64,000 nt of DNA from Candidatus Omnitrophota bacterium (GCA_945877765.1 CAMDWQ010000005.1:604-64603), one strand, 5' to 3'. Shown: positions 17,901-25,733, numbered from the stretch's first letter. Numbers and translations: made by a program. The notes: generated by a model not told the origin, from the letters alone.

Positions 17901-20900
17901 CCACTCTCCATCCGCAGAATGAAGCGCCCAACCCTCTGTGGTCTTCTCAATAGTTATATCGGTAGTGCTCGCTGGATTAGGTACGTCTTCGACACGTTTG
18001 ATGCCCGGTATCGCCCAGAAAATCTCGCGCCGAAGCGGGCGCGCATCCCTAGGTTCCCCGATCAATGCAACAGACTCGATGGTTGTTTCCCATGTGGGGT
18101 CGCTCACAAAAATTTTATTCCGTTCAGAGGCGGGAATCAAATCAGCGGGATCAATATAAATTATTTTATTTTCGACAGCCATTTGGTTGATAATGTCATA
18201 ATTCGGGTCTTGAAGACGATCGGCTTCCGCCTCATCCCGAAAATAAAAAATTGCCTGATGCAGGTGGGGAGCAATAATCGATTTGTTCCGGGATGGTCCA
18301 ATCTTACCGATGTTTTTTCCGTGACGGACACTATCACCTTGCTTAAGTCCCTCGGCTGGCACAATGTGCGTATAGACAGTATAAAGCTTCCTGCCGTAAA
18401 CGGTTGTTTCCATGATGACGGTGCTTTGCATGTCGTCTTCAAAGATCCATTTCACCTTGCCGTCGATCAAAGAAAAAACAGGTCGTCCTGATCCCGCCGC
18501 TTCCACCTTACCATCAACCGATTCAATGACCGCCAAATCAATACCGCCATGCTTCTGTTCCCGGTGCGACTTAAAACGGCTCACCTCTCGCCACCAACAT
18601 CCCAGATCCCCAAATTTCATTCCCTCGCGCAAAATAAAACGTCGAGCACCCCACTCCTTGGCCGTTTTTCTATAGGAAGATAAAACCATTCTGCTTAACT
18701 GACGGTGGGCCTTTTTCAGAAATATTTTATCCTGAGACTTCTCCCGGCTGTGGAGGTCTGTTTGGCCGACCATAACAGTCTCCTGCACTGCCGAAGGCTG
18801 TTCCGCCGGCTGATTTGGTTGCACCGCGCTTATATCTACTTCGGAACCGGTGTCAGTCCTTGACATTTGACTTACTGGTTTTTTCGCCAGCCTCGCGGCG
18901 GAAAGATCTCGTGTGGACGCATCAGTCAACGCCTCGATGAGCAAAGAAAATGGATTGTCTTGTTTAATAAGAATACCCCGCACCGTTAAAAAAGTTAGCT
19001 TTAGTTGATCTGTTATCTCAAAAGAGACCCTATTCTCCTCTTGTGGACGATCGTCCGAAACAACACTTGTTATTAGGTACCACATCTCTCCCTCGTTATT
19101 GAGGCACTGTTTAAAAATATTTGCTACCGATTCTTGTTTCGCATCAAAAAAATATCCATCAACAAACGATCGAAGCATCGCTACAAAATCCTCTGATGTA
19201 TCATGAACTAAAATCGTATGTAGAACCCTGCTAACATCCAGAAAACGAAGCCTGGCGGATCCTAGTGCGTCCGCCGATTCGGGCACATTCCAAACCGTGT
19301 TCAAATCTCTCAAAACAACATGCCACTTTTTCTCCTCGCTGCCCTGCATCAGCCCGGTATTAGCAAAAGTGGGGTAGCGATGAATATATCCATTTCGATG
19401 AAGCTCTCTCAGAGCCTTGCCATACTCATAAAATATTTTTTGGACTGATTCTTTGTTCTTTATGGGATTAAAAAAATCTCTGTCAGAGGCTTTTGAATCA
19501 GACGAGTTGTGCTTAAGATCACCAATAACTCCCTGATCTGTCACCGATAGCCGGAAATCTTCGCCGGTCATGCCGGCAGCGACCCAAGCATATTGTTGTG
19601 TGGAATCATGGCTACTTTCCATGAGTGCCCAGCCCAGAGCTTTATCGACCGGCAAGCTAAGCTGCGAGAGCTTGCGCATCAGCTCATCTTCGAGCTCTGC
19701 CCCCTTGGGATTTAAAGTACCGCTATAATTTTGCCCAGCAAATGTCGTTGTTGTAAATCGACCTTGATTATCGATGGTTGGTGGAAATTTTACAAAACCA
19801 GCCTCCCCCAAATAAGGCACTAACTTATTAGCCTCATCCACCCGCGGCCTTACACCCTTAAAACGGATATATAAAATCCCATCTATGGGAGAATCTAACT
19901 TCAAATAGATCGTTCGACCTTCCTCTGGCCAGAAATATTCACGATGTTGAATAAAAATTTTTCCTTGGTGTAAGGCTTGGGCCTGTAAAATATCCGCGGT
20001 ACTTACCAATGCCCCGGACATTATCTTTTCCGCGATAGCTTTTTCCTCGTGGCTCAAAGAGTCAAAAAATTTTGTATCACGGTGGTCTTTGACTATTTTA
20101 AAAGTGGCTTTTGCCAGCCGCGCGCCGGAGCGGCGTTTAGAAGAGATGGGGTCAGTCCTTAAGATTTTACTTTCTGAGTTTCCCGCCAACCGCGCCGCCT
20201 GAGGCCTAGTCTTTCCTTCAAGCTTATTTCGGATTGCCTGATAATCCGAATCATTCTGACCATTGTCTCTGATAATCAGCCTCTGATTACCAGGCAATGT
20301 GATCACCATAAATCGATTCGCTAACTCATTGGCAATGTGAACCTTCACTACATACGTCTGCAAGACATCTGGCGTCGTCACAAGGTACTCTTTGTAAGCA
20401 GGTGCTTGCGAGACATTCTTCGCATCAAAGCCATCTCCGGAACGAATCAGTCGGACAAAATCATGAACAAACGCCGGATCTTTTTTTTGGATGTTTCCGT
20501 TGATAGCATAGACTCTGGAACTGGTGTCAGTCCTTGACATTTGACTTCCCGAGTTTTCCGCTAACCCTTCGACCCGGCTCAGGGCTAGCCGCGCTGCAGC
20601 CCCACTGTTATCTTTCGAAGACTCACCACCCGTACTGCTTGGAATGAGCCCAGTAATCCAGGTAGCGACTTTGATGATGTTATCCGCAACGACTTTATCC
20701 CCATAATAAGAGGACAAAAGGCCTGCGGGTTCGCCGAAGCCCGGTACTCTACCGACCCATTTTTGAACCGAAAGTCTTATTTTTAAAATCACCAGAGGCT
20801 TCAGTTGTTTGAAAGACGCCAGAATCTGCAGAGGTACCCCGATAACATTAACAATGGGTAGAACACTAAGATAGGCCCAGCCGAATTTTTGCTCGGGGTG

Positions 20901-23900
20901 ACGGAACGCAAATATATACGTGGTCACAAACCGGTACGCTGAGCTGATCGACCACGAGATAAGAAGCCACTTCCAGTTGTTGCCCACGACACCCATGCCC
21001 ACCCCCAACAGATCGGAAGTCCATGTGAATATCTTTGGAAGCAAATGAAGCGAATAAAGAAGCAAATAGACATCGATCCCCGTGCTTGATTCCTTGAGAC
21101 CAGCAAGCTCATTTTTCTGATCCTCAGAAATCAACCCATGTGAATACGCTTTATCGATATCGTCAAAAAATACGCGATTGATAAAATTCATGCGGAATTT
21201 TTCCATAAAAATAAATTTCCCAATGTCAAAAGGAGCTTTGATTATCCGGAAAAGTGTTTTGACTGCCCAGCGGAGCACGCGCCAAGAAAAAGTGGCGGTT
21301 GCTGTGACGGCACTACGCATGAATTTGAATGGAAGTGTTAAAGAGTGCCCAACCATATAAGCTAAATAAGCAGACCTAGGCTCTCTAAATTCTCGGGCTT
21401 GTTCGGGACTGATGCGCTTGGTGATTTCCCAATAATCAATGTTATTTTTTCTTGAGAGCTTGAGAAATTCAGCAAGGTCAAACCCTTTTGCCCAAAACTG
21501 TGGGGAACGATCCAAGAAAGTCTCCCTAAGAGCACGATAATCTTTTATCCAAGCGGCTAGGTGAGCAGACTCCCCCGGTTCCAGTAAATCGGGGTGGGCT
21601 TTCATATATTCCTCAAAAAGATCCATATTCATTAGATGAAAAGTATCCGGATAATTCTCGGCTTGTTTCGCGTGATCAGTGGCGTCCCTGAATTGCTTAA
21701 AAAAGAAAAATGGAAACGTGTAGCCCCACAGCAGAGCCGATATATTTCTCTCCGTATCCACCCAAAGCATAAGGCCGCTTGCCAAACTCCGTTTGATGTT
21801 GGGAAATGAAAACCACGCCATCCCCGGCGCGCCGCTGTCATTGATAGCGACTTGAGAAATCAAGTTACCCGCACCGGCCTCCGCCAACGGCTGTTTAAGC
21901 TGGCGCATAAGCTCCACCTGTTCATCAAACTTTCCATCCTTCTCAGTTGACAACCGCAGATAAGACCCGCGCAGTTCGACGTAGTCCATCACCAGTGCCC
22001 AAGAGCCGGCTTGAGGAACCCAAGCATAGGCCTCGCGCGGAATGATGCCCTCAAAATTTTTACCTTTTAGAGAGCGAACGATCATGCTCAAAAATTTATA
22101 ATTATACAAAAGCGCCCTAGCGACCTCTTCATACCGCTGGGGACCAAACCCGCCTTGAAAGGTTAAAAAATATTGCACGTCCCGGATGATTCTTTTAAGC
22201 CCCCGCGCCCGAAATATCTTGAGGACCTTTATCTCTTTGTCTGGACCTTCCACTTTCCACACTTCACTAAAACCGCCGCCATCCCCCAGGCGAGATTTCA
22301 CCAGGTAGCTCTTATTGCCGAGACTATTCCCGGAAAAGTCCTTAAGCTCTAAGTTAATACTTAATTCTGGATACAGCCCATTTTTTGTATTTTCCGCCAA
22401 TCGCGCCGCGGTAGGCGTTAAGTGCCAAGCTTGATTTCCACTCGGTCGGGGTGTATATTCAGGGCGTAAAGGAGTTTTCCAATGAAAAAAAGCCTCATCT
22501 CCAGCGATCCCGATTTTTGCGCGGGGAAACTTTGCTTCACTGCGACGCGTATCCCTGTTTATATGGTTCTTGAGCTTCTCGAAGCGGGTGAATCTTGGAA
22601 AAAGATCCTCAAAAGCTACCCAAGTCTGAATGAGGCTCACATCCACGCCGCGCTTCACACGGCGGCTGAAGTCTTGAAAAATCAGGAATACCATTCTTTT
22701 GCCTAAATCTGACATTTCCTGGAAACTTTTTGGAGATGAAAATATCAGCTTTGACGTCATAAAATTTCTAAAGAAAAAGGGGTATAATGTCATTGCCTGC
22801 CCAAAAAGTCTAAAAAATGGCGAATTATTCCATCGGCTAATCAAAGAGAGACGAATACTTTTCACCCACGACAAGGACTTTCTGGACTCTGGGCGGTATC
22901 CTGCCTCTAAAACAGACGGCATTATATTCATCCCGATCCACCCCGCCACAGACAAAAATGTAATTCCCGCACTCCATAGCATGCTGGTAAAAATATCGCC
23001 GAGAGAAATATCTGGGCGGTTGGTTATTTTGTCAATGGATGGTTTCACCATCCAGCCGGACTCAGCAGACTTCGCTTCCTGATTCTCAGCTAGCCACGTA
23101 GTCTGATTTTTCTCCTCTATCCCATTGTCACGGCCTGTCTTCACCCCCAACGCCTGAGTAAGCTCCGCAATTTTCCCCGCCGTCAGAGTTCTGAGGAGCA
23201 TATTAGTTTTGGGTGTGAAGGAATTTAATACGGGAAGTGGTGAGTGGCTTTTTTGGCTTAAGAGAATTTGTTCGTATCTTTTGAGATTGGTCTCTTGCAA
23301 CACTTGAGGAGTCAGGGAAATGTAGGAGATGTTTTTCTGCTTGAGTAGGTATTTAAGATTGGGGGTGTGGTAGCCTCCGGTGATTAGAATGTACTCGTGT
23401 GCGGCGTGGGTAATGGTTTTTGTAGGTGCGGCGGGTCCGGGTCGCAAGCCCTCGCTTGCGACACTTCGCTTCGGCATGGATAGCCTTCGCGTCGTCACCT
23501 GTCGGACTCCGCTGTGCTCATGTAATTCTTCATTCCGCGCAGCGGAGGCCTCCCCTCCGGCGCCACCCGCATGTGCTTTGTTTGCTGTACCTGTCGCCGG
23601 GTGTGGGGTACTTTCTATCACCTCCAGCATATTGGAGATAAAGGCTTGGTCTCTTTGGTAGGTTAATTCATAGAAGTCTTCGCAATAACGAACCATGTCT
23701 TGGTAGCCATTTTCTAGGAATAAGGCTTTGTCATAATTGTTTTTTTGATTCATGAGCTTTTGGTTGAGGAAACCTGTGATTTTTTGGATACTCGTGTTTT
23801 GTTTATCTTTTCTATAAGACTCATACTCTTGGGGAGTTAGTTGAAGTAGGAATAATTTTTTTAGGAAGTCGATGTTGTTAGAAGCTTGAATTAGATTCTT

Positions 23901-25130
23901 TTCATCGGGGGTCACGATGAGAGAGTCGAGGATCTTTTGTTCTAGAAGCTTTTGTTCGTTTAGGATCTCTTGGGGGTTTAAGGACAATGAATATTTGAAA
24001 TAGGCTAGATACTTTTGAAGATGGGGATAGTTGCTATTGTCTTTTAGTTGATCCGATAGGAGAAAGAGGAAGGCTTTGTGGACTTGTTCGTCTTTGGATC
24101 TTGCGGCGTCTTGGAGCTCTTTTTGGGTTTGGGTGGAAAGAGAATTAATCAATAGGGCTTGTTCTTTTTGAGCTACTTCGAAGTTGATTTGTTTTTCTTT
24201 TTGGTTTAGGTCTTCTAGGAGTTGTATGTTTTTAAAGCCTTTAAGTTCTAGCTTTTGGGCTTCTTGAAAGAGAAGGCTTAGGTATTCTCGCAAAGAGAGC
24301 TCGCCTTTTTGGTGAGCTTTAAGTTTTTGGTTAAAGGCTAGAAGGTAGGGGTTTAAAAGAGTGGGCTCCAAGGTGTGAATTGTGTTTTCAACTTGTGCTA
24401 GATAATCGCTGTATTTTTCCCTTCGTTTGGCACTTCGCCGGTAAAGCTCCACCGACTTGGCGTAGAGAGACATGTCTTCTACTCCCCAGAGCGTCATGGG
24501 GTGATTGCTGGTTAGGTCTAGATACTCGGTGCCTTGGAGTTTGGCCTGGAGAAGAAAGGATTTGGCGACTTGTTGTCTTTTTTCAAGGGAGGCGTATTTT
24601 CTTAAGAAAGAGAGAGATTCGTTGCCGCTTCCAGCTTCTAGGAAGATGTAGTTTGAGAGATTCTTTTTCTGGCTATAGAGGATATCTAAGAGCTTCGCCT
24701 CATTGAGTTGTCCTGAGTTGTTGGTGTGAGCATCTTGAATTAGTATTACACATGCCGGGTGGCGCCGGAGGGGAGGCCTCCGCCGCGCGGAGTGAACATT
24801 TACACGAGCACGGCGGAGTACCGCAGGTGACAGGCCCCGGCCACTCCGTAGCACGCTTTTGGTTGGAGCAACCCAAGCATCTTCGATAGTTGCTACTGAT
24901 TCAGGGATTTGGGGAAGAAAGTCTTTGGCCCACTTTAGACTTTTTTGCTTTTCCCCTCCATCCTCAATCCTCCATCCTCTATCCGCCTTTAATAGTTCAG
25001 GAGCTGCATAAGAAAACTCTTGAATTAAAAGGCATAAAATTAGCGTGAGCGAGAGGCTCTTAAGAAAGACCGTTCGGGTCGCTTTATTAGCGAGGGCGGT
25101 GTTATTTGTCATAAGTTCATGTGTCAACAT
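14967..25130 (-). CDS. giant modular protein (3387 aa): signal/anchor, a ~600-aa N-module shared with the second giant ORF, a kinase-like module, an M23 peptidase module and further uncharacterised modules separated by AARLA-type junction motifs
   Basis: Single uninterrupted 10,164-nt ORF. N-terminal hydrophobic segment. The N-module aligns with ORF 47988..55961 ('IQDAHTN', 'LEAGSGNESLSFLRKYASLEKRQQVA', 'GGYHT'). Gly-loop 'LGDGGGFSEVWKVE..KVLKI'. M23 signature 'HGGIDLA...YTVYTHI...GDSVRHGKNIGKIGPSRN...PHLH' at about 18230..18560. Confidence 0.7.
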   Translation of the reverse strand: MLTHELMTNNTALANKATRTVFLKSLSLTLILCLLIQEFSYAAPELLKADRGWRIEDGGEKQKSLKWAKDFLPQIPESVATIEDAWVAPTKSVLRSGRGLSPAVLRRARVNVHSARRRPPLRRHPACVILIQDAHTNNSGQLNEAKLLDILYSQKKNLSNYIFLEAGSGNESLSFLRKYASLEKRQQVAKSFLLQAKLQGTEYLDLTSNHPMTLWGVEDMSLYAKSVELYRRSAKRREKYSDYLAQVENTIHTLEPTLLNPYLLAFNQKLKAHQKGELSLREYLSLLFQEAQKLELKGFKNIQLLEDLNQKEKQINFEVAQKEQALLINSLSTQTQKELQDAARSKDEQVHKAFLFLLSDQLKDNSNYPHLQKYLAYFKYSLSLNPQEILNEQKLLEQKILDSLIVTPDEKNLIQASNNIDFLKKLFLLQLTPQEYESYRKDKQNTSIQKITGFLNQKLMNQKNNYDKALFLENGYQDMVRYCEDFYELTYQRDQAFISNMLEVIESTPHPATGTANKAHAGGAGGEASAARNEELHEHSGVRQVTTRRLSMPKRSVASEGLRPGPAAPTKTITHAAHEYILITGGYHTPNLKYLLKQKNISYISLTPQVLQETNLKRYEQILLSQKSHSPLPVLNSFTPKTNMLLRTLTAGKIAELTQALGVKTGRDNGIEEKNQTTWLAENQEAKSAESGWMVKPSIDKITNRPDISLGDIFTSMLWSAGITFLSVAGWIGMNIMPSVLEAGYRPESRKSLSWVKSIRLSLISRWNNSPFFRLFGQAMTLYPFFFRNFMTSKLIFSSPKSFQEMSDLGKRMVFLIFQDFSRRVKRGVDVSLIQTWVAFEDLFPRFTRFEKLKNHINRDTRRSEAKFPRAKIGIAGDEAFFHWKTPLRPEYTPRPSGNQAWHLTPTAARLAENTKNGLYPELSINLELKDFSGNSLGNKSYLVKSRLGDGGGFSEVWKVEGPDKEIKVLKIFRARGLKRIIRDVQYFLTFQGGFGPQRYEEVARALLYNYKFLSMIVRSLKGKNFEGIIPREAYAWVPQAGSWALVMDYVELRGSYLRLSTEKDGKFDEQVELMRQLKQPLAEAGAGNLISQVAINDSGAPGMAWFSFPNIKRSLASGLMLWVDTERNISALLWGYTFPFFFFKQFRDATDHAKQAENYPDTFHLMNMDLFEEYMKAHPDLLEPGESAHLAAWIKDYRALRETFLDRSPQFWAKGFDLAEFLKLSRKNNIDYWEITKRISPEQAREFREPRSAYLAYMVGHSLTLPFKFMRSAVTATATFSWRVLRWAVKTLFRIIKAPFDIGKFIFMEKFRMNFINRVFFDDIDKAYSHGLISEDQKNELAGLKESSTGIDVYLLLYSLHLLPKIFTWTSDLLGVGMGVVGNNWKWLLISWSISSAYRFVTTYIFAFRHPEQKFGWAYLSVLPIVNVIGVPLQILASFKQLKPLVILKIRLSVQKWVGRVPGFGEPAGLLSSYYGDKVVADNIIKVATWITGLIPSSTGGESSKDNSGAAARLALSRVEGLAENSGSQMSRTDTSSRVYAINGNIQKKDPAFVHDFVRLIRSGDGFDAKNVSQAPAYKEYLVTTPDVLQTYVVKVHIANELANRFMVITLPGNQRLIIRDNGQNDSDYQAIRNKLEGKTRPQAARLAGNSESKILRTDPISSKRRSGARLAKATFKIVKDHRDTKFFDSLSHEEKAIAEKIMSGALVSTADILQAQALHQGKIFIQHREYFWPEEGRTIYLKLDSPIDGILYIRFKGVRPRVDEANKLVPYLGEAGFVKFPPTIDNQGRFTTTTFAGQNYSGTLNPKGAELEDELMRKLSQLSLPVDKALGWALMESSHDSTQQYAWVAAGMTGEDFRLSVTDQGVIGDLKHNSSDSKASDRDFFNPIKNKESVQKIFYEYGKALRELHRNGYIHRYPTFANTGLMQGSEEKKWHVVLRDLNTVWNVPESADALGSARLRFLDVSRVLHTILVHDTSEDFVAMLRSFVDGYFFDAKQESVANIFKQCLNNEGEMWYLITSVVSDDRPQEENRVSFEITDQLKLTFLTVRGILIKQDNPFSLLIEALTDASTRDLSAARLAKKPVSQMSRTDTGSEVDISAVQPNQPAEQPSAVQETVMVGQTDLHSREKSQDKIFLKKAHRQLSRMVLSSYRKTAKEWGARRFILREGMKFGDLGCWWREVSRFKSHREQKHGGIDLAVIESVDGKVEAAGSGRPVFSLIDGKVKWIFEDDMQSTVIMETTVYGRKLYTVYTHIVPAEGLKQGDSVRHGKNIGKIGPSRNKSIIAPHLHQAIFYFRDEAEADRLQDPNYDIINQMAVENKIIYIDPADLIPASERNKIFVSDPTWETTIESVALIGEPRDARPLRREIFWAIPGIKRVEDVPNPASTTDITIEKTTEGWALHSADGEWQGDASSTAEVLNHLIQLENKHRSGARLALRRAEGLVESPESQMSRTDTGSTAAAARLAGHDPQISRSSLLSLIQSWQTAAVGSPHDAARGYSEVVFAVNRLFDGSEYKNFPSQVSSALDRLRNQGTVILDQGDWSARTALESLEAVAMAYIVKSMSEPLSEHEVVVMEEAIEVYNNGSNAKLKLDFESLFGLVLKRFLILGGDLKNVQDPLANEGFIKMSLQLPNLFSPEIMQSDATDPPLFRRRLQAVKMIALYHFLQGVHFNSFSSDSHHDLIIMHANMLFLKKQYESLSTIPRDDLDSKITDELDTVISAVQMSLFRVWSQLIPFFNGGISYENFVYPAISGMPNDLHQQYTSFFKYNEDFIQRLSRPIIADVLKDSKDYPLLGQKITFYRAGKGGYEESLNQRLKGFEPPEKISAWQLFLDRRKSYFFNSEAGMLQDYKWAHSRNIIEYKNSQVVAQLVRYTKALNLLGQGGMTAARLAASEGNEKIITMKIKHSQGIHMAPSQNIAYVAKIILQKCGIQLFLRHAGPATGMHSERLKYDATKANTLSGAFHSGEEIELISKRIWGNVDEGEILKIAEDLLKDALEDQYGVQPGQHISRYASRVEKLADANESHRLDSSSPAAPQNDGADQAARLAENKKIEMEDSLPTNSQTLQDLKTFFTEMSLPMPMHGKKSMWGRLAVQQESGVIPIFNLRKSAQGLQVRVGAKILFRISPEEMRMIKETLKKDQGRQSARRGQGFLIERMQKMWNEQVPGAIGTGFGFVEIDLAQLVDPRFGSVLDLKAKKVLLKAIFDRVARSRGNQYILLNIDQLPGKMGLTAQRRLARIQSKARMGQVLTQRPEGAVVSRIVLSQAGDKIEKLKSDSVVALLVEGLPNTGIAFLEAETLAGLWSAHAGQGKEQMIQAIGESGLINFLNSLRLGKPKIDSAKFYAIQTQEIIEGESLLWILLPPITALVNDMASAIRLSLQTDWSA
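22482..22706 (+). CDS. DUF433 protein (antitoxin-like partner of DUF5615), nested antisense inside the giant ORF
   Basis: AAAGGAG ribosome-binding site 8 nt upstream. 'ATRIPVYMVLELLEAGESWKKILKSYPSLNEAHIHAAL' matches the DUF433 family. Confidence 0.55.
   Translation: MKKSLISSDPDFCAGKLCFTATRIPVYMVLELLEAGESWKKILKSYPSLNEAHIHAALHTAAEVLKNQEYHSFA
22699..23082 (+). CDS. DUF5615 PIN-like protein (toxin-like), nested antisense inside the giant ORF
   Basis: Overlaps the DUF433 gene by 8 nt (typical TA coupling). 127 aa. DUF433-DUF5615 is a known gene pair. Confidence 0.5.
   Translation: MPKSDISWKLFGDENISFDVIKFLKKKGYNVIACPKSLKNGELFHRLIKERRILFTHDKDFLDSGRYPASKTDGIIFIPIHPATDKNVIPALHSMLVKISPREISGRLVILSMDGFTIQPDSADFAS
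23485..23572. repeat. MITE family C copy, in-frame inside the giant ORF (inverted relative to the copy at 24754)
   Basis: Reverse complement matches the 24754..24845 and 63585..63680 elements ('gcggaggcctcccctccggcgccaccc'). Translated within the giant protein as '...GGAGGEASAARNEELHEHSGVRQVTT...'. Confidence 0.55.
24754..24845. repeat. MITE family C copy, in-frame inside the giant ORF
   Basis: 'gccgggtggcgccggaggggaggcctccgccgcgcggagtgaacatttacacgagcacggcggagtaccgcaggtgacagg'. Encodes '...NVHSARRRPPLRRHPA...' in the giant protein. Confidence 0.55.
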
Positions 25131-25233
25131 AACATGGATAAAGTATGCCCAATTGGGTCGACAGAAGCAAACTTAAAATAGAAATTAATTATTGTATAAC
25201 CTGTTATAAATAATAGAGTTACAGCCATCCAAT

Positions 25234-25266
25234 GTCATCCCCGAAATTTCTTATCGGGGATCATAC
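25234..25266. repeat. MITE family A half-element upstream of the giant ORF start
   Basis: 'gtcatccccgaaatttcttatcggggatcatac'. Confidence 0.5.
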
Positions 25267-25289
25267 TTTAATATAGGGCTTGGGGGGGG

Positions 25290-25733
25290 TCAATGTCCGC
25301 TGTGGTAGGGCAAATGGTGGATAATAGTTTGAGCACGATAGACCTGCTCAGCGGCAATGACAGCGGCGATCTCATGAGGCAATGTCATCGGGCCAAAGGA
25401 CCATAAAAGATCGGGTTTTAAATTTTCGATGTCCTTGGCACTAAATCCATCGGCGGGACCAATCGCTACCCAAAGTTCCTTGGCGCCGGAGTTCATTATC
25501 CTTTGAAGCGCCTTGGCTAGTTCTTCCGAGGAAAGCATTTTGGCATTTTTGGAGGTGTGGCAGAGCCAGAGTTTAGCTTGCGGCCTTTTACTGACATCAA
25601 GATTCGTCTTTAAACACTCACCAAATTTTCCGATGCGCTGCGTGTATTCATTAAATAAAGCCAATGCATCCGGCGATTTAAATGATTTGGCGATATTGGA
25701 GGATGCCCAAGCCAGACAAAACTTGATTTTCAT
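25290..25733 (-). CDS. rlmH: 23S rRNA (pseudouridine1915-N3)-methyltransferase RlmH
   Basis: SPOUT C-terminal signature 'FGPMTLPHEIAAVIAAEQVYRAQTIIHHLPYH'. Start placed at the internal Met (MKIKF...). Confidence 0.7.
   Translation of the reverse strand: MKIKFCLAWASSNIAKSFKSPDALALFNEYTQRIGKFGECLKTNLDVSKRPQAKLWLCHTSKNAKMLSSEELAKALQRIMNSGAKELWVAIGPADGFSAKDIENLKPDLLWSFGPMTLPHEIAAVIAAEQVYRAQTIIHHLPYHSGH

Noticed and set aside
17277-18675. Several + strand ORFs (up to 238 aa) inside the first giant gene
   Set aside because: They are antisense to the giant ORF, with no ribosome-binding sites and no motifs. Only the DUF433/DUF5615 pair at 22482..23082 showed real gene features and was kept.
23380-23661. 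+ strand ORFs 23380..23661 and 23426..23641 (93 and 71 aa)
   Set aside because: They lie entirely within the inverted MITE copy inside the giant ORF. They are GC-rich palindrome artefacts.
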